The notes beneath the pieces were generated by a model. It saw nothing but the letters and a program-made list of their open reading frames with translations. It made no database searches and was not told the origin of the DNA. A stretch of DNA of 64,000 bases, from contig NC_043015.1 of the NCBI RefSeq assembly GCF_006345805.1, forward strand, positions 44,702,001-44,766,000. Reading direction: 5' to 3'. The position numbers and the translations under genes are program-made. Shown piece by piece: positions 39,342 to 53,280 of this stretch. This DNA is from Octopus sinensis (taxonomy: Eukaryota). Within the stretch, counting starts at the first letter, position 1. Every line of letters begins with the position of its first letter.

Positions 39342-39554
39342 TTAAATGAAAATATTAATGAACCACCGATGAGGGGAAACCAAAATTTATTGTCAGATTA
39401 CTTGATATGTGCATGGATATATGGTTAAGAAGGTCATTTTGCAAACACGTGGTTTCGGGTTCAGTCACACCACGCGGTACTTCTACTATAGGCACTGTCC
39501 TATCAATGCCTTTGAATGAACTTGGTACATATATACATGCATGCTACATCAGGA

Positions 39555-39607
39555 ATGCATACATACATACATACATACATACAAACATACATACATACAT
39601 ACATACA

Positions 39608-39638
<31 letters not shown>

Positions 39639-39727
39639 CCTACTCACCGTCCAAAGTTGGTTGGACGTGTGTGTATGGATAGATAGATAGATAGAAAGAT
39701 AGCTAGACAGACAGATATATAGACAGC

Positions 39728-39767
<40 letters not shown>

Positions 39768-39948
39768 TAGATAGATAGTTAGATAGATAGATAGACAGAC
39801 AGATAGACAGATTGCTAGCTAGCTAGCTGGCTAGATAGATAGATAGACAAACAGCAGACAGACAGATAGGTAGACAGATACACAGATAGATAGGGAGATA
39901 GACAGGTAGACAGACACACACATACACAGATAGATAGATCGATTGGTG

Positions 39949-40038
<90 letters not shown>

Positions 40039-40040
40039 CT
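39555..40040. repeat. (CATA)n/(GATA)n/(GACA)n compound microsatellite
   Basis: Direct reading; further (GATA)n at 40490-40697, 44430-44530, 44850-44900 and 47080-47270. Confidence 0.95.
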
Positions 40041-40529
40041 GAAGTATACAGAAGTATATTGATCTCACAGTAATATTGGCTGCACCTATTGATGGAATAC
40101 AATTAATGTTTATAGTGCAATGAAAACAGCAATATTATTTCTCCAAATAAATACGTTTTCCGGTTTACAATTAAACTGAAGATGAAGATAATTTTTGTTC
40201 AATGTTCACCATAGAATTAAAAGTACGTAGATTTTTTCTCACCTCCCCCCCTCCCACCTAAATACAATCTTTCTTAATGTTTGCAATAAACAGTAAATAT
40301 GGCTTTTCAAAAAGAGAAGAAAATGAATAAGGAGAAAATGAACATGATAACAGTGAAATTGAAGTTCCGGTATTGCTCCCTAAATGAAATACTGTTTTAA
40401 AAGTAAAAATTGAACGCTGTTGATGTCTTGCAAACAACGGTAGAATTCAAGCATTTCCATTTGGACGCAGGTTACAAGAGAAAATAATTATTAGACAGAC
40501 AGATAGGATAGATAGACATAGATAGATAG

Positions 40530-40591
<62 letters not shown>

Positions 40592-40612
40592 CAAATAGAT
40601 AGATAAATAGAC

Positions 40613-40672
<60 letters not shown>

Positions 40673-41228
40673 GGATAGATAGATAGATAGATAGATAAGT
40701 TTCTTTATTGGCCACACAGGGCTGCACACAGATGCGACAAGTTACAAGTTAGAGCTTTTCTTTTGGGGGATGAAAAAAAACAAAAAACAAAAGAAACCAA
40801 AATGGGTGGCGTAGGTTTTCGATCAAAAGGGATCGTAAAAGAGAAAAAAAAGAACAAAAAATAAGAAAAAAGATAAAAAGAAGAAAAGGAAAAGGAACAA
40901 AAGAAAAGAGAAATGAAAAAAAGAAGAAAAAAGGGGAAAAATAGATAGATAGACAGACAGTTAAATAGACAGGCTGACAGACAGATAAATAGACAGGCAG
41001 ACAGACGGACAGACAGACAGGTAGGTAGGTATATATATATATATCTATAGGCGCAGGAGTGGCTGTGTGGCAAGAACGAAAGGCAAAGTCGGCTTCGGCG
41101 GAATTTGAACTCAAAACGTAAAGACGTACGAAATTGCAGTCATGCATTTCGCCCGGCGTGCTAATGATTCTGCCAGCTCATCGCCTTGAACTGCCCTAAA
41201 ATATCATTAAGTTATTACATTTCTATAC

Positions 41229-41720
41229 TAGAAAGGGTATGGCCTGGTCAGCCTGTAATGATATGCATAAGATCTGGTCATCAAATCTAAGTAGAGATTT
41301 CAAACTTAAAATCTTCAAAGCCGCAATCGACGAAATTCTACTATATGGCTCAGAAACCTGGACGTTATCAAAGAAGCTTGAGAGGCGGTTGGATGGAACT
41401 TACACTCGCCTCCTTATGAGAGTCAAAATCTCTCGTGGAAACGTCATTCAACCAAAGTACAAATATATGGGAAATTACCACCTGTATCATCTCTTGTGAA
41501 AGGTAGAAGAGTCCAGTTTGCCGGACATTGTTGTAGAGCTGAAAACGAGGTAATTTCTACTCTTCTCCTCTGGAAGCCATCTGCTCGTGATACCAGAGGG
41601 TGCACACTCACCTACCCTGATGTAAATTCCAGGGATACAGGCATCCAGCAACAGGACCTCCGTAATACTATGATGGACTGTGAAGTCTAGCGTAACATAG
41701 TAAATTCCACGGTCGCACAA
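41229..41720 (+). mobile_element. RTE-clade LINE 3' region
   Basis: RKGMAWSACNDMHKIWSSNLSRDFKLKIFKAAIDEILLYGSETWTLSKKLERRLDGTYTRLLMRVK, frameshift, SWKRH...VKGRRVQFAGHCCRA...LLWKP. Confidence 0.9.
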
Positions 41721-41739
41721 TAATGATCATGCGGCATAA

Positions 41740-42050
41740 CGCTGTTGCGAAAACATTACATAATACTATTCAAAGGAAAGGCTGCACTTGGATTAAATAC
41801 AGAAAACATTCCTGACATTGTGTACATGATTACGTTTCAACACCAGAAATATTGATGGTACATTTCCTATCAAAACTTCTGTCAAATACAAATATAAGTG
41901 ACTCGATATCGTTGATTGGGAAAGAATAGAGGAACGACCCACAATTATAGAGGTCAGCTGTCCAGCAGACGTGAATTTTTTTCAGTCAGAAAGAGAAAAT
42001 CTTGAACATGTTTCCCATCAAAATTTCTTCCAAGTACAAACATAACAGAC
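41740..42050 (+). mobile_element. Dong/R4 RLE endonuclease relic, first copy and start of second
   Basis: FPIKTSVKYKYK*LDIVDWERIEERPTIIEVSCPADVN, then FPIKISSKYKHNR. Confidence 0.75.
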
Positions 42051-42056
42051 GGGGGT

Positions 42057-42639
42057 ACTCTTTTACTTGTTTCAGTCATTTGACTGCGGCCATGCTGGAG
42101 CACCGCCTTTAGTCGAGCAAATCGACCCAAGGACTTTTTCTTTGTAAGCCTAGTACTTATTCTATCGGTCACTTTTACCGAACTGCTAGCTTACGGGAAC
42201 GTAAACACACCAGCATCGGTTGTCAAGCGATGTTGGTGGACAAACACAGACACACACACATACATAAACATATACATATATACGTATTTCATTATTACCC
42301 ACAAGGGGCCAAACAAGGACAGACATAGGTATTACATCGACCCCAGTGCGTAACTGGTACTTAATTTATCGACCCCCGAAAGGATGAAAAGCAAAGTCGA
42401 CCTCGGCGGAATTTGAACTCACAACGTAACGGCAGACGAAATACCGCTAGGCATTTTGTCCGGCTTGCTAACGTTTCTGCCAGCTCGCCGCCTTTATACA
42501 TATATACGACGGGCTTCTTTCGGTTTCCGTCTACCAAATCCACTCACAAGGCTTTGGTCGGCACGAGGCTTTAGTAGAATGAATGAACCCGGAACCATGT
42601 GGTTGGTAAGCAAGTTACTTACCACACAGCCACTCCTGC
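42057..42639 (-). mobile_element. Family B SINE hosting a nested family A SINE
   Basis: B tail at 42057, B head at 42639; family A copy at 42285-42494 flanked by the 14-bp TSD TATACATATATACG (42271-42284 and 42495-42508). Confidence 0.92.
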
Positions 42640-42640
42640 T

Positions 42641-42835
42641 GTATTGTTCTCTAGGACAAAATATAAAAATGGCTTTTAGTTACAGAGATCAGCTGTCCTG
42701 CAGACGTGAATTTTTCTTTAAAAATCAACGAGAAAGGGTATATCTGCGGCCAAATACTTCGAAACCTACACCTCCGTTGCCCATAATATAGATCCACGTT
42801 TATACTTATATAAATATTGGCGCACCAGGCTAAGT
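42641..42835 (+). mobile_element. Dong/R4 RLE relic, continuation after the SINE block
   Basis: IVL*DKI*KWLLVTEISCPADVNFSLKINEKGYICGQILRNLHLRCP*YRSTFILINIGAPG. Confidence 0.75.
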
Positions 42836-42879
42836 TAATTTACGTCTAAGTGGTTACTACGAAGAAGGTTCATAGGATA

Positions 42880-43190
42880 CTAGCACTATGACCCGGACGC
42901 GAGTACTGTCCAAATCTCCGACCAATCACATACAGCTAGCTGGCATTCAATTGGCGTTTCAACTTTCGGGCATTTTGATTGAGTTTTGGATAGAAAATTC
43001 ACAAAAAAGTCACTTCTATTGAGTTTTTAATGGCTTTGCGGGGTGACTGGGGAAATGTAAATATGTGCACGACCAACCTTGGACGGTTTTGAATGACCAT
43101 AGAAAGTGCGAGCCCTCTAACTGAAAACTTGTGGATTTGTATAAATGACACACACACAGACAGACATTTTGCCGTCTATATATAGAGAGA
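42880..43190 (-). mobile_element. Non-autonomous Helitron H2, internally deleted
   Basis: A|TCTCTCTATATATAG...CTAG|T; matches 32089-32449 except a deletion near the 3' end. Confidence 0.85.
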
Positions 43191-43339
43191 TTTGACTGGA
43201 ACAATATCAATGCATGGCTGGTACATAATTTTTATCGATCCCCAAGAACAGAAAGCACAGTCATACCTTGCAGAATTTTAAACTCGGAATCGAGAGGCAC
43301 ATAAATGATTATCGACACACTGCTACTTCTAACAACAAA

Positions 43340-43509
43340 ATGATGATGATGATAATGAGGATGGTGGTGGCGGTGATGATGACGATGATGATGACGATGA
43401 TAATGATGATGGTGATGACGACGACGACGACGACGACAGCGGATTGCCACGACCGCAACAACAATGAAATAATGAAGACGACGACCCCCAACCACAACAA
43501 TGATGAGGA

Positions 43510-43546
<37 letters not shown>

Positions 43547-43858
43547 AATGATGATTATGATGATGATGACGACGATGATGATTATGATGGTGGTGATGGT
43601 GGTGATGAGGATGACGACGAGACCATAACGATCACGATCACCACGACCACCACGACCACCACGACCACCACCCAACCACCACCACCACCACCACCACCAC
43701 CACCACCACATGAAAAAGACTCTACTGCTGATGATGATGATAATGATTGTGTTGCTGTTGATCATTGATGATGAGGATTGATGATCTCTTCTTTCTCCAC
43801 TTCCTCTTCCCGCTCCTCCTGCTTCTCCAACTCCTTCTTCCCCCTCCTCCACATCATC

Positions 43859-43914
<56 letters not shown>

Positions 43915-43934
43915 CATCATCACCATCATCATCA

Positions 43935-44005
<71 letters not shown>

Positions 44006-44017
44006 CCATCATCATCA

Positions 44018-44055
<38 letters not shown>

Positions 44056-44108
44056 CCACCATCATCATCATCATCATCACATCATCATCATCATCATCAT
44101 CATCATCA

Positions 44109-44163
<55 letters not shown>
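43340..44163. repeat. (GAT/GAC/CAC/CAT)n compound trinucleotide tract
   Basis: Direct reading; (GAT)n and (CAT)n blocks face each other. Confidence 0.93.
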
Positions 44164-44440
44164 TGTTATCAGTAAATAAATCAAATTCCAAGCAATCCAT
44201 GCAATATCGTCTCCATAATAAATGAATAAATGTTATTCATTTATTCATTTATTCCTAAAATCTCTGCCAAACTCGAGGAAGAAGAAGACAAAAATAAAAC
44301 AACCAACAAAATCAAAAAGCTAAAACAAACAAAAAAACAAAACAGCGTCCATTCGAGTTGGGACGCCATAGAAGGAGATATCAAGAAAAATGATCTCCAT
44401 AGAAAACTGGGGACAACATCTCTCTTTCTCTCTCTTTCTA

Positions 44441-44531
<91 letters not shown>

Positions 44532-44847
44532 TTATTTATCTGTGTGTGTGTGTGTAAATGTACTGGGGACGATTTGATCAACTAAGTCTGGTACATATTC
44601 AATCGGCCTCTTTTTGCTGAGTGGCAAACTAGAACACTGCGTGTCAAGCGGTGAAATACACCAAGATGCATACATACGTACATACATACATGCATACATA
44701 CATACATACATACATACATACATACATACATACTATATATATATATATATGCATACAAACATTCATATATATGTGTGTATATATATATATATACATTCAT
44801 ATATATATATATAGTAGATATATATATATATATATATATCTATATAT

Positions 44848-44900
<53 letters not shown>

Positions 44901-44970
44901 GATATACATCTATATAATATATATATATATATGTATATATATGTGTATGTATATATATATATATAATATA

Positions 44971-45002
<32 letters not shown>

Positions 45003-45167
45003 TGATTGATTGATTGATTCTAGTTTCAGCTCATGAGCTGTGGCCATGCTGGGGCACCGCCATATATATATATATATATGAAATACAAAATGGGACAAGA
45101 ACGCAAAACATCCGAACAGCTAGGTGATACAAAAAAGGGCACCTAAATCCAGATAGACGATATATAC

Positions 45168-45243
<76 letters not shown>

Positions 45244-45850
45244 CAGACTATAAATAGATTGGCAAATGTGTGTATGCAAATGTCTATGAGCATCCGCGCA
45301 TGCGTTTACGAACGTAGTACTTGGGATTGCAATCCCATATTTAGAAGCCTCCTCATACACAAATCTCGTAATATCACGTTTACATACGTTAGCGACAGAA
45401 AATAAATCAAGACGGATATCGGTTTAATTTTCCGTCAGTCACCTGGTTTTATGACTCAGCCATTTTCAAGTGTCGTTAAAAGCCTCAAATACGCCAGGTG
45501 TTTCTTTTGTTTCACGAAGTTTATTGAAAGATATTTGCTTGACCTGTGACGACAGATCAAGCTACTTTAAAACAGAATAGAAGCAATAGATTTTAGTAGA
45601 GTTTTTTCCTGTGAGACAAAGGTTTGTAAATCTCCCTCAAATCACACTGTACATTATTGAACAAAGAGAAGATGTATTAGCTAATGTACGAGATCTGCTC
45701 AAAATGAAAACGAAAGTCTAAAACCGCGTGCTCGTGATTGCAGTGCTGTTTATGGGAGATCTTGAAGGGTGATAGTAACTCTAAACTAGTAGGCGAGCTG
45801 ACAGAAAGGTTAGCACGTCGGGCGAAATGCATAGTGGTTTTCGTCTGCCG

Positions 45851-45885
<35 letters not shown>

Positions 45886-46297
45886 AATGAATGTTTTTAT
45901 ATATAATGAACGTGAAATACAGGAAGGGACGAACACGGAACACAGACAAATCATTCGAAGCCTTCAATCTTCAGTCAGACACCGAATCATCATAGCAAAT
46001 TTCGGCTGTTCAATTCTGATATTTGCTCCAACTCGGCCAGCCCCAAGAAAAAAACTAAGCTGTAAGCATTAGATTTCTTGGTAGAAGACAGGAATGTGAA
46101 CGCACAAGACGGATGTGAATACAAGAGACGAAAACGAAATTGAAAACAGTAATGAAAAAACAAAATGTATATAACGGTGGTTGTCATACGACTTTAGACC
46201 AAATGAGACAAAACCAACATAGCAGCTGGCGTAGAAATAATTACCGTTTCGGTAGCGGGGACACATGTTGGTCGAGATACGAAGGCCAACAGAATGG

Positions 46298-46340
<43 letters not shown>

Positions 46341-46504
46341 ATATATTTGTTTTGCAAGATTTTTGACGTGAAATCGTGTGTTGAAATAGATATTGTTGTA
46401 TTTAGGAATGGTCATTTTGCCAGTTTAGCCAATAAAAACACACGCACTATATTTTTGATTTTACTTTGCTTCAGCGTTATTTATTTTTTACATTAATCTT
46501 AATC

Positions 46505-47057
46505 TTATTTCGGCCAGAGTTCTTTCGTCACACTCCTGTGACCTCATCAGTGGTCCTTTGCTTTCTTCTTTCATATTTGTGTGTCTCTCCTTACTAACGG
46601 TTAGCCATTTTGTATTTTGTATTTCTATTGTATGTGTCTTCATTTGCGCATGTGTATATCTCTATGTGTGTCTATGTTTAGTTAGTGTGTGTGGGGGAAG
46701 GGAAGTGTCTGTAATATTTGTATCTCCTGTTTATATACGTTCGTGTAATTTGTTTTTGGTTTTGTTTTTGTTTATGCTTATTTATTTATTTTTGTTTATT
46801 TATTTAGTAGAGGTTTTCCTGTGAGACAAGGTTTGTAAATAAACAAATTACACGAACGTATATAAACAGGAGATACAAATATTACAGACACTTCCCCCCC
46901 CACACACACATACACACTAACTAAACATAGACACACATAGAGATATACGCATGCGCAAATGAAGACACATACAATAGAAATACAAAATACAAAATGGCTG
47001 ACCGTTAGTAAGGAGAGACATACAAATAGGAAGGAAGAAAAGCAAGGACCACTGATG
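46505..47057. mobile_element. Foldback (inverted arms 46545-46755 and 46841-47057), probably a Penelope-like inverted terminal structure, with a hammerhead motif
   Basis: Arms are reverse complements with only scattered mismatches and short indels; minus strand 46505-46556 carries CTGATGA-stem-GAAA. Confidence 0.8.
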
Positions 47058-47219
47058 CGTCTTTATTGTTGGAAGGATTGACAGACAGACAGACAGACAG
47101 ACAGATAGACAGACAGACAGACAGACATACATACAGATAGATAGATAGATAGATAGATATATAGATAGATAGATAGATAGATAGACAGATAGAATAGATA
47201 GATAGATAGATAGATAGAC

Positions 47220-47273
<54 letters not shown>

Positions 47274-48021
47274 GGATATAGATGTAGCTACGGATACAGA
47301 GATAGATATAGATTTGGCTTGTGAGATAAATCGAACCGATTGCTTAAGCCTTCGTGATCACGGGTATCCAATAATGTGTGATCAGCTCACTTGAGTTTAG
47401 AGCGTGGAAGCATGGTTTTGCAAGTCCATATTTTTCTCAACATCATAGAAAAGTAAAATGGCAAAAACTTGGAATCGAACCTTAATGGCAGATTCGGTTT
47501 GGTCGGATTATATCACACACGCCAAAGCGGTTTGAATCTCTGGGTATTTTTGTTTTTTATTTTTTGTTCGTTTGTTAGTTTTGCAACATTCTATTTAAGT
47601 AGCCTCATGACTGATGGACTTCATAACGGATTAACGCCCCCGCGGTGGGCTTGTTTCTCAATAGGCTGCAGGATTTATATAAAAGACCTACGTGTCGATA
47701 TTGGTATGGAGGTTGGTCAAGATATTTGTGTTTAAGACTACTTTAATATTTAAAAAGAGAAAGTGTTGTAATTAAAAAGGAAAAAAAAATGATTTTGTAC
47801 CACCAGAACATTAAAATCCTAAATATAGTGATTAATACAAATATTTTCGTTGTTCAATGCAGTAATTAAACATATATGTGTGTGTGTGTGTGTGTTCGTG
47901 TGTGTGTGTGTGTATTGTTTAAGTTCATTTAGCTATGCATTAAAGTATTTGTGAATTTCTATCCAAAAGTTTTCGTTATTACTCTTGTGTGTGTAAGTAT
48001 GTATGTATGTATATATATATG

Positions 48022-48064
<43 letters not shown>

Positions 48065-48125
48065 TGTATGTATGTATGTATATATATATATAATATATAT
48101 ATATATGTATATATATATGTATATA

Positions 48126-48163
<38 letters not shown>

Positions 48164-49015
48164 ATAAATATAAATATATATATATATGTGTATAAATATA
48201 TATATATATATTATATTATATTATATTATATCATATTATATTATACTAATTAATTTTATTTCTATATTTTGGTTTATGTTTTTCACTGTTTGATTTGCCT
48301 AATAGTGGTTTTATCTCTAATTTAATATATATATATTTAATATATATATATAATATATATATATAATATATATATATTATATATATATATATTATATATA
48401 ATATATATATACGTATATGTATGTGCGCATGTATGTATGATGAAATGCATAGACACATACATACATGTGTGCGTATGTGTATGTGTGTATGTGCATATGT
48501 ATGAATATATGTATGCATGCTCGCATACACGTAGGCGTGGATTTGTGGTTATGAATAGGCGTAGGCTTGGCAGTGCGCTTTAGAATTTCCCTTCGGTTCC
48601 GGGTTCAAAGTGTTTTTTTCTTGTATAACTTCGAATTGACCAATGCTGTGTTAGTGGAATTCAGTTCACGGAACCTCTGCTGCAAGCCGTTGTATGTGTA
48701 CACACACACACACACCACACACACACACATCATCATCATCTGTAGTTCATATATCCGAAAAAGAAAATTCTAAAGCATTAGAGCCAGTAATATGTTTTAG
48801 GAAGTTAATAGTTATGGCTGGCCATAGAGTGACCACTGGTTTCGCACCTATAAAGTGCTTAGCAGTATAGGCGACTCGGTACACTCACGAACGCGAGATC
48901 GTGGTTTCGATTCCTGGACTTAGTAGTGCATTGTGTTCTTGAGCAAGACACTTCATCTCACGTCACTCTGCAATCACTCCATACGTCGTCTTCGACGGGA
49001 GAGTCCATCATAAAT

Positions 49016-49052
<37 letters not shown>

Positions 49053-49068
49053 TGCACACACACACATA

Positions 49069-49484
49069 GGCGCAGGCGAGGTTGCGTGGTAAGTAGCATG
49101 CTTACCAACCACATGGTTCCGGGTTCAGTCCCATTGCGTGGCACCTTGGGCAAGTGTCTTCTACTATAGCCTCGGGCCGACCAAAGCCTTGTGAGTGGAT
49201 TTGGTAGACGGAAACTGAAAGAAGCCCGTCGTATATATGTATATATATGCGTGTGTGTGTGTGTGTACTTGTGTGTCTATGTTTGTCCCCCCACCCAACA
49301 TCGCTTGACAACCGATGCTGGTGTGTTTACGTCCCCGTAATCTGGCGATTCGGCAAAAGAGACCGATAGAATAAGTACTAGGCCTACAAAGAATAAGTCT
49401 CCTGGGGTCGATTTGCTCGACTAAAGGCGGTACTCCAGCATGGCCGCAGTCAAATGACTGAAACAAGTAAAAGAGTAAAAGAGA
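49069..49484 (+). mobile_element. Family B SINE, full length
   Basis: Complete head, CORE-like segment, internal microsatellite and (gtaaaaga)n tail. Confidence 0.93.
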
Positions 49485-49584
49485 GAGAGAGAGTCCTTAT
49501 ACTTGCAAAGTCAACTGCGGATTGCCAATTACACACAAGCACGCACGCACGCGCACACACACACACACACCACACACACACACA

Positions 49585-49635
<51 letters not shown>

Positions 49636-49922
49636 GCACACACGCACGCACACACGCACGCACACACGCGTAGATAAAGGTAACTGAAATTTTCTGTCGT
49701 TTCCATAAAAGAAAAATTAACTGTTGGACATATAGTTTAAGGATTGTCATTTCGATATTGCCAATAAGAACACTGTGACATAATATTAAATAAGTGTACC
49801 GTAAGATACCATGACGGTTACCATCGCAGGCAAACAGTCAGTCAGTGTAGCCTACATGGGGGAGGAGGAGTTTCGATCGATATCTCCTTTGTCTTCTTAA
49901 ATACATCAAATATCAGCGTATA

Positions 49923-50312
49923 TCTATATATATAAACCTGAAGTTGTCTGTGTGTGGCAGGTTTGGTAGCCTTCAACTAACACTATCTCCTCCGAGACCC
50001 TGCGGCGCAAGTTGACCAAAATTGAGAGTATGATAGAAGAAGGCTTGCTCTTCATTCCGTAAAAGATAAAATTCAAATCGGACCATGTTAAGACCAAAAA
50101 TTATTTACATCAAAAAGGTGCTTTTTTTCTATGAAAATCCCTATTTTTTACGATTTTTTGACTGCTGTGTCGCCATTTTTCGGTGTATTTCAACCAGAAA
50201 AATGTTCACTTAAAGAGAATAACAAGCTACATAATGCAAAATGTTTACTTTTCAAAAATTCCAATTCTAAAGGGTCGAAACTAAGCCGAGCAACGCCGGG
50301 CGATGCTGCTAG
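49923..50312 (+). mobile_element. Non-autonomous Helitron (third family, H1-type 3' end)
   Basis: A|TCTATATATATAAAC...CCGAGCAACGCCGGGCGATGCTGCTAG|T. Confidence 0.85.
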
Positions 50313-50598
50313 TATGTTTTAAACTTTTATTGTCCAGTTGAATGCAGCGTCTACTGCATCCGGTAAGTACTTAGTGTATTGACTGATGCGTTGTGGCTTT
50401 GATTCATTTCTCAGGAGTATTGCGCTGATTTCTTACAGAGATAGACAGAAGTCTGCAAATAAATTAGAATCGGTGGGAAAGCTGTAAAAACCTGTGACTT
50501 TCATTTATCTCTCTTTCTTTCATTCCCCTCTCCCTCTTTCCTTCTATCCCTATCCCTCATTCTTCCCTCCTCTTTTTCTTCCTCCTTTTTTTCCTCTT

Positions 50599-50638
<40 letters not shown>

Positions 50639-51149
50639 CCTCTTTTTCTCTCTTCCTCACATTCTTTCTACCGTTCCCCTCTCCTTCATTCTGTCTCCGT
50701 GGTTTAAAAGCGTTAACGTCATAAAAGGTCTTAACCAAGAATCGAAAGCATCTTCCAGATGCAGTTCGCTAAAATCAACTATCTTACTCTACGGATGACC
50801 AAAAGGCATTCCGAACATGATCATTCTATCTTTTTTCTCTCGTTTTTTCATGTATAAATATACTTATGAGTTCATGATCCAGCGAGTCTTTACCTCTTGA
50901 AGACAGCAGAATGTGAATTGCAAGATATTTGGCTGCTATTTTTAACAGGCTGAGCGACCTCATTTCTAATAGGCCCCAGGAGGCGAGGAAGTTAGGATCT
51001 ATCTGACCTTTATCACATCTGACGTCAAGCAAATGCATATTTGAATCATCGAATCATCAAACGAGTGGGGATTTTATCGAAGTATTTATCAGTGTATGAA
51101 CAGATACATCAAACGGGTGCACTTTTTATACACAAATCATTGAAGTTCA

Positions 51150-52225
51150 CTCTTCAAACATGCATCATTAAAGTGCACTGTTCGTAGATGTATCACTGAA
51201 GTGCACTTTTCATTGATGCATCATTGAAGTGCACTTTTATCATTGGAGTGCACTTTTCATAGATGTAGCATTGGAGTGCTTTTTTCATAGATGCACCATT
51301 GAAGTGCACTTTTCACAGATGCATCATTGAAGTGTGCTTTTCATAGATGTAGCATTGGAGTACTTTTTTCATAGATGCATCATTGATGTGCACTTTTATC
51401 ATTGGAGTGCACTTTTCATAGATGTAGCACTGGAGTGCTTTTTTCATAGATGCACCATTGAAGTGCACTTTTCACAGATGCATCATTGAAGTGTGCTTTT
51501 CATAGATGTAGCATTGGAGTACTTTTTTCATAGATGCATTATTGAAGTGCACTTTTATCATTGGAGTGCACTTTTCATAGATTTAGCATTGGAGTGCTTT
51601 TTTCATAGATGCACCATTGAAGTGCACTTTTCACAGATGCATCATTGAAATGTGCTTTTATCATTGGAGTGCACTTTTCATAGATGTAGCATTGGAGTGC
51701 TTTTTTCATAGATGCACCATTGAAGTGCACTTTTCACAGATGCATCATTGAAGTGTGCTTTTCATAGATGCAGCATTGGAGTACTTTTTTCATAGATGCA
51801 CCATTGAAGTGCACTTTTCACAGATGCATCATTGAAGTGTGCTTTTCATAGGTGTAGCATTGGAGTGCTTTTATCATAGATGCACCATTGAAGTGCACTT
51901 TTCACAGATGCATCATTGAAGTGTGCTTTACGTAGATGTAGCATTGGAGTGCTTTTTTCATAGATGTACCATTGAAGTGCACTTTTCACAGATGCATCAT
52001 TGAAGTGCGCTTTTCATAGATTTAGCATTGGAATGCTTTTTTCTCTAGATGCACCACTGAAGTGCACTTTTCACATGCATCCTTGAAGTGCGCTATTCAT
52101 AGATGTACCATTGGAGTGCTTTTTTCATAGATGCACCATTGAAGTGCACTTTTCACAGATGCATCATTGAAGTGCGCTTTTCATAGATGTAGCATTGGAG
52201 TGCATTTCTCATAGGGGCATCATTA
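51150..52225. repeat. 28-bp minisatellite with a 159-bp higher-order period
   Basis: Unit about CATTGAAGTGCACTTTTCATAGATGCAT; 19-bp short unit at 51222, 51381 and 51540. Confidence 0.95.
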
Positions 52226-52517
52226 GAGTACAGTCATTATTGATGTTCTTCTTTATTGGCGAAGAAGATTGTAATTCTAAAGCTAGACTTTGACTGCCAT
52301 AACAGTATTTTCCTTCACCTAATCTTTTACCATCATCCAAGACACGGACATGGCTGTGTGGTTAAAGAAGTTTGCTTCTTAACTACATGGTTTCGGGTTC
52401 AATCCCACGGTGTGGACCCTTGGGTAAGTACCTTCTACTCTGGCCTCGGACCGAGCAAAGCCTTATGAGTGGTAAACGGAAAGTGAAAGAAACTCATCGC
52501 ATGCGTGTATATATGTG

Positions 52518-52549
<32 letters not shown>

Positions 52550-53047
52550 TGTATGTATGTATGTATGTATGTATGTATATATGTATGTATGTGTACACAC
52601 GCACACATACATACATATACATACATACATACATACATACATACATACATACATACATACATACATACATACATACATACATACATACATACGTACGTAC
52701 TTATATACATACATATTTATTATACATGAATGAACATTCTTGTCGTAGACGACATATGAGGGTTTCACATCATCTTGCTGAACAACCTGCGCAGATGACA
52801 TGCTTATAGTGGTCAAATGCTTGTGGTGTACATCAGCTCACACCCTGCTTCAAATCGAAATTACCTGTACAGGTGCAAGGTGTGTCCCACATCAGACGTC
52901 AAAGTGATCGCAGAGCAACGTGAAATGAAGTGTTTTGTACACAAGAATACAACACCCCCACCTGAGAATCGAAACCAAGGTCTCACAATCGTGAGTGCAA
53001 CACGTTAACCACTAGGCCATGCGATTTCACACTAACCTACCCACTTT

Positions 53048-53280
53048 CCTATTTCTTTACTACCTACAAGGGGCCAAACACAGAGAGGACAAACAAGGAC
53101 AGACAAACGGATTAAGTCGATTATATCGACCCCAGTGCGTAACTGGTACTTATTTAATCGACCCCGAAAGGATGAAAGGCAAAGTTGACCTCGGTGGAAT
53201 TTGAACTCAGAACGTAGCGGCAGACGAAATACTGCTAAGCATTTCGCCCGGCGTGCTAACGATTCTGCCAGCTCGCCACC
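53048..53280 (-). mobile_element. Family A SINE monomer
   Basis: Head plus one unit in reverse complement. Confidence 0.9.

Noticed and set aside
51150-52225. Metal-response-element array
   Set aside because: The repeat has TGCACTT, not the TGCRCNC consensus
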